Source: Malacoraja senta (Eukaryota). Taken from it: DNA of 64,000 bases. The stretch spans positions 62,001-126,000 of the forward strand of contig JAXLNO010001097.1 in assembly GCA_038087875.1 (NCBI GenBank), in the 5' to 3' direction. The stretch's first letter is position 1; each line of letters opens with the position of its first letter. Below are positions 24,778-35,932 of this stretch, one piece after another. Both the position numbers and the translations under genes were made by a program. The notes under the pieces are model-generated. The model saw only the letters and a list, made by a program, of their open reading frames with translations. It had not been told where the DNA came from and made no database searches.

Positions 24778-26341
24778 GGTTTAGGAGCCGTTGCTGTGGA
24801 CGGAGAGACGGGGACGTGAGCGGCCATTGAGGGCGGCCAGGGTGCAGATGAGCCCCTCCCCCCCACCCCCCATCTGCTCGGTGTGCTTCGAGGGGCTGCG
24901 CTTTGATGGAGGACCACATGAGGGGGCACAACAAGGAGAAGCGTTATGAGTGCGACGTGTGTGGCAAGGCCTGGCAGTACCCGAGCCGGCTGGAGATCCA
25001 CCGGCGGGTTCACACGGGAGAACGCCCCTTCGACTGCTCCGACTGCGGCAAGAGCTTCAAGTCGCCGCCGGAACTGAAGATGCACAGGCGCCTGCACACC
25101 GGGGAACGACCCTACACCTGCAGCGACTGCGGCAAGGTCTTCACCCGCTCCAGCAACCTGCTGTCCCACCAGCGCACCTACACTGGCGAGCGCCCCTACA
25201 CCTGCAGCGACTGCGGCAAGGGCTTCACCCGCTCCAGCAACCTGCTGTCCCACCAGCGCTCCCACACTGGCGAGCACCCCTATACCTGCGCCCAGTGCGG
25301 TAAGGGCTTCAACTCCTCCAGCAACCTGCTGTCCCACCAGCGCTCCCACACAGGCGAGCGCCCCTACACCTGTACCCAGTGCGGCAAAGGCTTCACCCAC
25401 TCCAGCATCCTGCTGGTGCACCAACGCACCCACACCGGCGAGCGTCCCTACACCTGCGCCCAGTGTGGCAAGGGCTTCACTCACTCCAGAAGCCTGCAGG
25501 TGCACCAGCGCACCCACACCGGCGAGCGCCCCCTACACCTGTACCCAGTGCGGCAAGGGCTTCATCCAGTCTGGCAACCTGCTGTCCCACCAGCGCACCC
25601 ACACCGGCGAGCGCCCCTACACCTGTACCCAGTGCGGCAAGGGCTTCACCCGCTCCTGCACCCTGCTGTCCCACCAGTGCACCCACACCGGCGAGCGCCC
25701 CTACACCTGCGCCCAGTGCGGCAAGGGCTTCACCCAGTCCGGTCACCTGCTGTTCCATCAGCGCACCCACACTGGTGAGCGCCCCTACACCTGCACCCAG
25801 TGCGGCAAGGGCTTCACCCGCTCCACCTATCATCTGTCCCACCAGCGGGTGCACGCCGGCGATGGTCCCATCCCCAGCCCGGTGTGTGGAGAGCGCTTTG
25901 CCATGGCCTCCCACCCCCTGTCTTACCAGCGCGTGCACAAAAGTGGCCAGCCCTACGACTGCCCGTACTGCGGTGAGGAGTTTGACATCTCGCGGGGGTT
26001 GCGGCAGCACCAGCGGACCCACGCCGGCGAGCAGCTGCTCCCACTGTAACAAGAGAGCACGGGGGCTGTGGGAGCACCAGCGGATACACACCGGAGAGAC
26101 ACCCTATGTGTGCACTGAGTGTGGCAAGGGTTTCACCAGCATGTCCAGCCTGTGGCAGCACCGGCGTACCCACAGCGGTGAGCGTCCCTTCCCCTGCCCG
26201 TCCTGTGGAAAGGGCTTCACCCGACTTGACCACCTGCTGGAGCACCGGCGAGTCCACACCGGTCAGCACCCCTTCACCTACCCGCTCTGTGGCAATGCCT
26301 TTGCCCGCTCCTCCAGCCTGCTTGCACACCGTTACTTTTAA
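24778..26341 (+). pseudogene. Multi-finger C2H2 zinc-finger exon (~17 fingers, several degenerate) with frameshifts
   Basis: Acceptor CCCCTCCTGCAG| ends at 24777. Tandem CxxC...HxxxH fingers with TGERPY linkers lie in three frames (24903..25530, ~25532..26049, ~26050..26341). Extra C in GAGCGCCCCCTAC at ~25527-25531. Confidence 0.85.
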
Positions 26342-27180
26342 ATTTGCTGAAAAACAGAAAGCAGTCAAATTTAAAAGAGAATTTTCCCAGTAGAATAAAG
26401 TTATGGAAATCTTAGAAGCTTGGTTTCTACTAATCATTGAAACAATGTATTGACAATGTATTAACATAGAGATGTATTGTCTGGGCACAGCACCATATTA
26501 GATATGTGTCTGAACTGCCTGTCCCAGCTAAGGACAAGGTAGTGGCTTTCATCCAAGTCTTACAAGCTTGTTTTAGTTCACAGACGGATGCCCATTCTGG
26601 AACCAAGATGGAAGTCATTTGAAAACAAAATGGAGTTAGTTGTCCTTCCGGAATGGGCAGCTGTACTGAAGCTGTGCCTAGATTTGAGAATAAGGCTGAC
26701 ATTGCAAATATATGGGTCCAGCCTCCCTTGTTTCCCTTAGGCTACGGATCTTTCACTCAGATTTAGGTGTGTTTTTTTGATAAGAAAATGTATAATTAAC
26801 TTTCCTTTGTTCTTTGAGTGGAGCCCAAGAAGCACTGAGCAACGTGTGTGCTCTTTATAGATCTCGCAACTCCCCCCTGGCAAATTTATTAAAATATTGC
26901 TTTGGTTTACCCTTAACAATTTTGTTGCTGTCTGCTTTCTTTAAGAGACGAACTTTGACAACTGTGCTCTTTGGAATTCTTCAGAATTAATGTTGCACTA
27001 TCAATAATGAAAGAAAATGCCAACCATCTCCAGAAATGACAAGAAATTATTCTCGCCTCCATGCATATTTGTCGCCATAGGGCAGTCGGACACCTCCCCA
27101 CTACTTCAAAGATAGTTCCTGCACTTGGCAATATCGTTTGGTGTTTGGCGGCAGCAGGGCGACAGGCAGCCCGGCACCCT

Positions 27181-28061
27181 GGTAAATCACCCCATTGTGG
27201 GGGTCCGGGGGGTGGGGGGGGGGTGAAGCACCCCATTGTGGGTGTCCGGGGGGTGTGGGGGTGAATCACCCCATGTGGGGGTCCGGTGGGGGGAGTGAAT
27301 CACCCCATTATGGGGGTCCGGGGGGTGGGGGGGGTGAATCACCCCATGTGGGGGTCCGGGAAGGGTGAATCACCACGGTGTGTGGGTCGGGTCGGGGGTG
27401 AATCACTCCAGTGTGTGGGTCGGGGGGGGGGTGAATCAGCACTGTGTGAGGTTCGGGGGGAGGGTGAATCGCCATGGTGTGGGGTTCGGGGGGGGTGAAT
27501 CACTCCAGTGTGTGGGTCGGGGGGGGTGAATCACCACTGTGTGAGGATCGGGGGGGGTGAATCACCATGGTGTGTGGGTCGGGTCGGGGGTGAATCACTC
27601 CAGTGTGTGGGTCGGGGGAGGGGTGAATAAGCACTGTCTAAGGTTCGGGGGGTGTGAATCCCCATGGTGTCGGGGTCGGGGGGGGTGAATCACTCCAGTG
27701 TGTGGGTCGGGGAGGGGGATGAATCACTCCAGTGTGTGGGTCGGTGGGGGGGGGTTGAATCACTCCAATGTGTGGGTCGGGGGGGGGGTTGAATCACTCC
27801 ATTGTGTGGGTCGGGGGGGGGGGGTGAATCACCGCTGTGTGAGGTTGGGGGGGTGAATTACCCCATTATGGGGGTCCGGGGGGTGAATCACCCCATGTGG
27901 GGGTCCGGGAAGGGTGAATCACCACGGTGTGTGGGTCGGGTCGGGGGTGAATCACTCCAGTGTGTGGGTCGGGGGGGGGGGTGAATCACCCCATATGGGG
28001 CTGGGGGGGGGGGGTGAATCACCCCGGTGCGTGGGTCGGGGGGGGGTGAATCACCCTGGTA
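27181..28061 (+). repeat. G-rich minisatellite, ~27 units of ~32 bp with a palindromic GGGGTGAATCACCCC-type core
   Basis: About 27 occurrences of GTGAATCAC or close variants counted by eye, each preceded by a G-tract. Confidence 0.9.
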
Positions 28062-28254
28062 GGGAGGTCGTGGTGCCGGTGCAGCATGGTCAGTGACGCT
28101 GGGTGGGTGCAGGGACCAGTCTGTCCCCAACTCTGCTGCAGCTGACGGGGATGTTGCCGGGTTTATGGCCCCGTGTGTCCGCTGCCCGAAGCCGCGGCCC
28201 CGCTCCGTGTGTGTGTGTGTATGTGCGCTGCCGGCCCACAGCCCGTGACAGTGC

Positions 28255-28695
28255 GGTGGGAGCCAGGCCAGCTTGGGGGAGGAGTAAGGTGGATGGGAGA
28301 GGTAGCCAGCTTGGGGGAGCAAGGGGAATGGGAGCCAGGCCAGCTTGGGGGAGTAAGGGGGATGGGAAGTTGCCAGGTTCGGGGAGTAAGGGGAATGGGA
28401 GGTAGCCAGCTAGGGGGAATAATGGGAATGGGAGGTAGCCAGCTTGGGGGAGTAAGGGGATGGGAGGTAGCCAGCTTGGGGGAGTAAGGGGGATGGATGG
28501 GAGGTAGCCAGCTTGGGGGAGTAAGGGGATGGGAGGAAGCCAACTTGGGGGAGTAAGGGGGATGGATGGGAGGTAGTCAGCTTGGGGGAGTAAGGGGATG
28601 GGAGGTAGCCAGCTTGGGGGAGGAAGGGGATGGGAGGTAGCCAGCTTGGGGGAGTAAGGGGATGGGAGGTAACCAGCTTGGGGGAGTAAGGGACA
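28255..28695 (+). repeat. Purine-rich minisatellite (~33-37 bp; GGGAGGTAGCCAGCTTGGGGGAGTAAGGGGAT)
   Basis: About 12-13 tandem units visible. Confidence 0.9.
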
Positions 28696-29097
28696 GGCGG
28701 AACTAACAGCCCCGCGACAACATTGCTGCCACGAGGAGAAGCACTAACACTCACCGCCTCCCTGACCGATCTCGGTCCTGGACCACCAAGGATGCCGCTG
28801 TCGTCGACCTCCCCGCGCGGCCTCACCCGTGGCCGTTGCCGCCGACCTTCACCGACTCATCGACACCGCCGCCCCTCGCTGCCTTCCCGTTCATCCGCTG
28901 ACCGGCACTTCGCCCGCGTGCCATTCCACTCCCCGTGGGCCTCGACCAGCCCTGGCCACTCCACCGCCCACCAGTGGGCTGCAGCCGTCACCTTACCAGA
29001 GTCTTACCGGGCCTGGAGTCTCCACGCTGCAGACTCTCACACCACGTGGTCTGACCGCGCTGGGACCTAATCCACGCGCTCCTCCCACAGGGAAGCT

Positions 29098-29476
29098 CAA
29101 TAGACAATCGGTGCAGGAGTAGAGGCCATTCGGACCTTCGATCTAGCACCGCCATTCAATGAGATCATGGCTGATCATCCACAACCAGTACCCCGTTCCT
29201 GCCTTCTCCCCATATCCCCTGAGTCCACTATCTTTAAGAGCTCTATCTCGGTCTCTCTCGTAGAAACAGAAACATAGAAAATAGGTGCAGGAGTAGGCCA
29301 TTCGGCCCTTCGAGCCTGCACCGCCATTCAATATGATCATGGCTGATCATCCAACTCAGTATCCTGTACCTGCCTTCTCTCCATACCCCCTGATCCCTTT
29401 AGCCACAAGGGCCACATCTAACTCCCTCTTAAATATAGCCAATGAACTGGCCTCAACTACCTTCTGTGGCAGAGAA
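29098..29476 (-). mobile_element. Two adjacent CR1 3' ends
   Basis: GGTGCAGGAGTAGGCCATTCGGCCCTTCGAGCC motif with (TAGAAACA)-type tails. Same family as 10781-12270. Confidence 0.8.
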
Positions 29477-29830
29477 TAGTAAGATTAAACGAGAACTTAC
29501 CTAAGTTTGAAGTTTGATCTTTATTTTATTAGGAGTTACGTAGGTGATTACGTGAAGAACCCCGCCAGTGCGCCTGCGCGTCAATCTTCAAAGCAGTGAT
29601 GTGAAATCACAAAAAACAACAACCGAAGTAATATAGTCTCATAATAAAATGAGTAATACAAGAACTTCCATCTGACCTTTATGATAGAGGGTAGGGCCGT
29701 GGTGTGCACGTAATCACCTACATAATTCCTCATGAAATAAAGATCAAACTTCAAACTTAGGTAAGTTCTCGTTTAATCTTACTATTTTACTTCGGAGTCA
29801 TGTGAGTGACTACGTGAAGATTTTAAAGCT
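29475..29830. mobile_element. Fold-back element with 80-bp inverted repeats (possibly DIRS-derived)
   Basis: 29475-29554 and 29707-29786 are reverse complements with 4 mismatches. Each arm carries AGAACTTACCT/AGGTAAGTTCT. The family assignment is inference. Confidence 0.6.
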
Positions 29831-30224
29831 TTGTGATTTCATGCCGTAGATCAATCCCGGCTTCTCACTGCATTGATTGACTCGGAACGAGAATAATCAA
29901 TCATGCCACCCCAACAGTGCTCAAACAGGAGTACTTATTGTCAAGGTGTACAGCCACCGGGGTACTCTCTAGTCCCTGCCTGTGCCCCTTGCCTCTCCCA
30001 ACCGTGATCCACTTGCCTGCCTCCTGTGGTGTTGGAGTGACCACATCCCTGTAACTCCTCTCAATGACTTCCTCGCTCTCCCTGACCAGACGGAGGTCAT
30101 CGAGCTGCTGCTCCAGGTTCCTAATACGGTCCATTAGGAGCCCCATCTCGATACACCTGGCGCAGATGTGGACGTCTGGAGGGCTATCAGACTCCATGAC
30201 TTCCCACATCTGACATCCAGAACA

Positions 30225-31098
30225 GTAAACTGCCCTGGCCCTCATAATCCCCTTACCCTGGATACAATACATCTGACATCCAGAACAACAAACTGCCCTG
30301 GCCCTCATACTCCCCTTACCCTGGATACAATACATCTGACATACAGAACAGCAAACTGCCCTCATTCTCCCTCATACTCCCCTTACCCTGGATACAATAC
30401 ATCTGACATACAGAACAACAAACTGCCCTGGCCCTCATACTCCCCTTACCCTGGATACAATACATCTGACATCCAGAACAGTAAACTGCCCTGGCCCTCA
30501 TACCCCCCTTACCCTGGATACAATACATCTGACATCCAGAACAACAAACTGCCCTGGCCCTCATACTCCCCTTACCCTGGACACAATACATCTGACATCC
30601 AGAACAGTAAACTGCCCTGGCCCTCATACTCCCCTTACCCTGGATACAATACATCTGACATCCAGAACAACAAACTGCCCTGGCCCTCATACTCCCCTTA
30701 CCCTGGATACAATACATCTGACATCCAGAACAGTAAACTGCCCTGGCCCTCATACTCCCCTTACCCTGGATACAATACATCTGACATCCAGAACAACAAA
30801 CTGCCCTGGCCCTCATACTCCCCTTACCCTGGATACAATACATCTGACATCCAGAACAACAAACTGCCCTGGCCTTCATACTCCCCTTACCCTGGATACA
30901 ATACATCTGACATCCAGAACAGCAAACTGCCCTGGCCCTCATACTCCCCTTACCCTGGATACAATACATCTGACATCCAGAACAACAAACTGCCCTGGCC
31001 CTCATACTCCCCTTACCCTGGATACAATACATCTGACATCCAGAACAACAAACTGCCCTCATTCTCCCTCATACTCCCCTTACCCTGGATACAATACA
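30225..31098. repeat. Tandem array of a 63-bp unit, 14 copies (two junction units of 67 bp)
   Basis: CCTTACCCTGG at 30251, 30314, 30381, then every 63 bp to 31011, then 31078. The minus strand encodes (MRARAVCCSGCQMYCIQGKGS)n. Confidence 0.95.
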
Positions 31099-31237
31099 AA
31101 ACAAGCTGCTACAATACAGTACAATCAGCAGAGATCTGACTCCCAATCAGCTGCTCCCTCTTGTCTGCGTCCACCAATCAGCGGCTTCCTCAAACCCACT
31201 TGTTTTTGAAGTGGAACTTGGAACGTTACTGATTTAG

Positions 31238-32107
31238 GTTCCTTTTTAAGTCCTACCGCTCGGGTGTAGCTCCTCCCTCTGCGATCTCTCCAACGGCTCT
31301 TTGGGCCTCTGTAAGGAACAAGCCCCGCGCTCCTTTTTAAGTCCTACCGCTCGGGTGTAGCTCCTCCCTCTGCGATCTCTCCAACGGCTCTTTGGGCCTC
31401 TGTAAGGAACAAGCCCCGCGCTCCTTTTTATCTCCTACCGGTCGTGTGTAGCTCCTCCCTCTGTGATCTCTCCAACGGCTCTTTGGGCCTCTGTAAGGAA
31501 CAAGCCCCGCGCTCCTTTTTATCTCCTACCGGTCGTGTGTAGCTCCTCCCTCTGCGATCTCTCCAACGGCTCTTTGGGCCTCTGTAAGGAACAAGCCCCG
31601 CGCTCCTTTTTAAGTCCTACCGGTCGTGTGTAGCTCCTCCCTCTGCGACCTCTCCAACGGCTCTTTGGGCCTCTGTAAGGAACAAGCCCCACGCTCCTTT
31701 TTAAGTCCTACCGCTCGGGTGTAGCTCCTCCCTCTGCGACCTCTCCAACGGCTCTCGGGCCTCTGTAAGCAACAAGCCCCGCGCTCCTTTTTAAGTCCTA
31801 CCGCTCGGGTGTAGCTCCTCCCTCTGTGACCTCTCCAACGGCTCTCGGGCCTCTGTAAGCAACAAGCCCCGCGCTCCTTTTTAAGTCCTACCGCTCGGGT
31901 GTAGCTCCTCCCTCTGCGACCTCTCCAACAGCTCTCGGGCCTCTGTAAGCAACAAGCCCCGCGCTCCTTTTTAAGTCCTACCGCTCGGGTGTAGCTCCTC
32001 CCTCTGCGACCTCTCCAACAGCTCTCGGGACTCTGTAAGCAACAAGCCCCGCGCTCCTTTTTAAGTCCTACCGCTCGGGTGTAGCTCCTCCCTCTGCGAC
32101 CTCTCCA
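31238..32107. repeat. Tandem array of a 90-91 bp unit, 10 copies
   Basis: TAGCTCCTCCCTCTG at 31267, 31358, 31449, 31540, 31631, 31722, 31812, 31902, 31992 and 32082. Confidence 0.95.
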
Positions 32108-32710
32108 ATGGCTATCTTCTCCAAAATACTTAACATTAAATTGGAACCAGATATAAAACGGATCACTTTAGGTATGTCAGATGCCTGCTCTAAATTAACG
32201 ATATTCCAAAGACGTTTCCTCAACTATGGCCTCATAACGGGGAAAAAATTAATACTCAAATTCTGGAAACAGATAACAGTCCCTACAGTGAAGATGTGGA
32301 TTACTGATGAGTCCGATACACTACATTTGGAAAATATTGGGCTTGTCTTGGCGGGAAAAGCAGATCAATTTCTTAAGACATGGTTCCCTTTTACTGAATT
32401 TCTGCAACAACAGAATGGTTAAACACAAATTTAAACCTGATGCCAGGGATAGGTGAGGGGGGAAGGTATATTTCCATCTTTTTTTTTCTTATTTCTTGTC
32501 TTTTCTCTTGCACTTCTTTGGAACCTTAGGGTCTATTTTCTAGCTTGTTCTTATTTTACTTCTCTTTCGTCATTCTTTTCTTTTTTCTCTCTTTTTTTTC
32601 GATTTAGGTTCTAACGTTAAAAATGAAGCTGTACAATAATTGTATAAGTGTTATGTCGATTGCCTTATCCTTGTACAATCGCTTCTAATAAAAGAAATTC
32701 AAAAATAAAA
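32108..32710 (+). mobile_element. Short L1-clade 3' fragment
   Basis: ORF 32108..32422 (NYGLITGKKLILKFWK...PTVKMW) matches the ORF2 ends of other L1 copies. A-rich tail at ~32686-32711. Confidence 0.8.
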
Positions 32711-32783
32711 AACCCCACTAAAGCTGCCTTTGGTTTCAAACCGCTAAAGCTGCCTTTGGTTTCAAAACGCTAAAGCTGCCTTT

Positions 32784-33714
32784 AGACAATAGACAATAGA
32801 CAAGAGACAATAGGCCATTTGGCCCTTCGAGCCAGCACCGCCATTCAATGTGATCATGGCTGATCATCCCCAATCAGTACCCCGTTCCTGCCTTCTCCCC
32901 ATATCCCTTGACGCCGCTATTTTTAAGAGCCCTATCTAGCTCTCTCTTGAAAGCATCCAGAGAAACTGCCTCCACCGCCCTCTGAGTCAGAGAATTCCAC
33001 AGGCTCACCACTCTGTGAGAAATAGTGTTTCCTCGTCTCCGTTCAAATGGCTAACTCCTTATTCTTAAACTGTGGCTTCTGGACTCCCCCAACATCGGGA
33101 ACATGTTTCCTGCCTCTAGCATGTCCAAGCCCTTAACAATCTTATATGTTTCAATGAGATCCCCTCTCATCCTTCTAAACTCCAGAGTGTACAAGCCCAG
33201 CTGCTCCATTCTCTCAGCATATGACAGTCCCGCCATCCCGGGAATTAACCTTGTAAACCAACGCTGCACTCCCTCAATAGCAAGAATGTCCTTCCTCAAA
33301 TTAGGGAACCAAAACTGCACACAATACTCCAGGTGTGGTCTCACTAGGGCTGTGTACAACTGCAGAAGGACCTCTTTGCTCCTATATTCGATTCCTCTTG
33401 TTATAAAGGCCAACATGCCATTCGCTTTCTTCACTGCCTGCTGTACCTGCATACATACTTTCATAGACTGATGTACAAGGACCCCCAGATCCCGTTGTAC
33501 TTCCTTTTCCCAACTTGACGCCATTTAGATAGTAATCTGCGTTCCTGTTTTTGCTACCAAAGTGGGTAACCTCACATTTATCCACATTAAACTTCATCTG
33601 CCATGCATCTGCCCACTCCCCCAACCTGTCCAAGTCACCCTGCATTCTCATAGCATCCTATCACAGTTCACACTGCCACCCATCTTTGTGTCATCTGCAA
33701 ATTTGCTAATGTTA
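32784..33714 (-). mobile_element. CR1 3' portion with a (TAGACAA)n-type tail
   Basis: ORFs 33051..33524 and 33382..33651 (RPHLEYCVQFW). Confidence 0.88.
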
Positions 33715-35932
33715 GAAACATAGAAACATAGAAAATAGGTACAGGAGGAGGCCATTCGGCCCTTCGAGCCAGCACCGCCATTCATTGTGATCATGTCCCC
33801 TATCAATAACCCATGCCTGCCTTCTCCCCATATCCCTTGACTCCACTAGCCCCTAGAGCTCTATCTAACTCTCTCTTAAATCCATCTAGTGACTTGGCCT
33901 CCACTGCCCTCTGTGGCAGGGAATTACATAAATTCACAACTCTCTGGGTGAAAACTTTTTTCTCACCTCAGTCTTAAATGACCTCCCCTTTATTCTAAGA
34001 CTGTGGCCCCTGTTTCTGGACTCGCCCAACATTGGGAATATTTTTCCTGCATCTTGCTTGTCCAGTCTTTTTATAATTTTATATGTTTCTATAAGATACC
34101 CCCTCATCCTTCTAAACTCTAGTGAATACAAGCCTAGTCTTTTCAATCTTTCCTCATATGACAATCCCACCATCCCAAGGATCAATCTCTTGAACCTACG
34201 CTGTACTGCCTCAATCACAAGGATGTCCTTCCTCAAATTAGGAGACCAAAACAGTACACAATACTCCAGATGTGGTCTCACCAGACCCCTATACAACTGC
34301 AGAAGAACCTCTCTACTCCTATACTGAAATCCTCTTGTTATGAAGGCCAACATTCCATTAGTTTTCTTCACTGCCTGCTGTACCTGCACGCCAACTTTCA
34401 GTGACCGGTGTACAAGGACGCCCAGGTCTCGCTGCACCTCCCCCTTACCTAACCCAACCCCATTGAGATAATAATCTGCCCCCTTGTTTTTGCTGCCAAA
34501 GTGGATAACCTCACATTTATCTATATTATACTGCATCTGCCACGCATCTGCCCACTCACTCAACCTGTCCAGGTCACCCTGCAACCTCCTAACATCCTCT
34601 TCACAGTTCACACTGCCACCCAGCTATGTGTCATCCGCAAACCTGCTAGTGTTGCTCCTAATTCCCTCTTCCAAATCATTAATATATATGGTAAACAATT
34701 GCGGCCCCAACACCGAGCCTTGCGGCCAGTGGCGGACTGGCCAGGGTATCAGCTTGCCCGATGGCAAGTGGGCCCCTGATGAAGTGCCCCCCCCCTATAT
34801 CAAATAAAAATGCAATAAACAAACAAACACAGATAACTGTTTTAGTAATAAAAAGGAATAAGATGTATCTGGCAGCTAGAATTACACTGAAAGTTTAATT
34901 TAAAAAAATATCCACAGTATCAACAGGGATGAACTACTTTTGAGTTAAAATTAGTCACAAAAATTTACATTCATTCAATCTCACAGGACTTATCTTATAA
35001 TAATTACTTACAATATTCTCTGATTTTACCGCTCCAGTGTGATTTTTAATTCTTTGAAAAGGTTCTCCCAATACTTAAATGACACCAAATAATAATATAC
35101 TCCCAAAATACTCGGTTGGCAAGTGAGAAAATTTTGTATCAAAGATTTGTCCGTATTTTTGTCACACACACTTGAAAAGCCTCAGCCTGCCCCCCCCCCC
35201 TTATTGAAGAGATGTTTTTAATTTTTAGTTTTTGTATATGTATAAAAGATCATTGTTGCATATAACTTCTTGTTGCATCATTCACCAGGCGGCCAGACGT
35301 GGCGTGGCTCCTTTACCATTCTTTTTATATAGTTTTTCAAGGATCGTAAAAATTTTTTATCGGTAAACAATATCCAAATTCAGCTACATGTGAGTTCAAA
35401 TTTAGATATTAGAAAAACGTAATTGTTACACCAGGGTAGGCTCCAGTTATCCATAGTAATTATCTGGTTATCAGTGACTGCATTGAAAATATTATATGAA
35501 AAGTTAATGAAGCCTGTTCTTCAGCATATGTGCTTAAACATAAGTTATTGTTAAAGCTATGTGAGAGGTATTATCAATATTCAGGATTTTTTCATGTATA
35601 TATTCTTGTGAATCATTGTTCTCAGTGATGAACATTAAGTATCGTAAAAGTAATAGCCTTACAGATGAAACTAGTAGTGCTTGCATATCTCTCAAGGTTA
35701 ACAAATATAAACCGGATATAAAATATGTGTCATCAGCGATGCAGCAGCAGGACTCATTGATGCTAAATGTATAAAACGTCCACAATTATTATTCGGTATG
35801 TGCTTAAAGGTATTATCTGTGAGCGACTACTTTCAGTTGTGCCAAGTAATGATGGTACAGGACAGGGACTTTTTGATCTATTGATTGAAACATTACAGCA
35901 TCTTAAAATTGACCCCCAAAAATGTTTATCTG

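Larger units (their letters stand above)
29908..32107 (-). mobile_element. CR1 5' end: tandem 5'UTR monomers plus ORF1 N-terminus
   Basis: Minus ORF 29901..30365 ends in RARAVYCSGCQMWEV...HICARC...LEQQLDDLRLVRESEEVI...LDNKYSCL, i.e. a CR1 ORF1 N-terminal Zn-binding/coiled-coil region, preceded by two tandem arrays. Confidence 0.75.

Noticed and set aside
24615-26488. Long antisense and alternate-frame ORFs over the ZNF exon
   Set aside because: They are shadows of GC-rich repetitive finger codons.
27286-29122. Gly/Pro-rich ORFs in the minisatellites
   Set aside because: Low-complexity, stop-poor repeats with no domain features.
30168-31139. 323-aa plus-strand ORF as a real gene
   Set aside because: It is fully explained by the 63-bp array, antisense to CR1 ORF1. 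Kept only as a hypothesis in the findings.
27181-32107. CRISPR-like appearance of the tandem arrays
   Set aside because: The inter-core sequences are repeated variants rather than unique spacers, there are no cas genes, and the context is vertebrate.
35922-35932. ATG start of ORF 35922..37181
   Set aside because: It lies in the TSD/hAT flank of a 5'-truncated L1, so it is not a native start.
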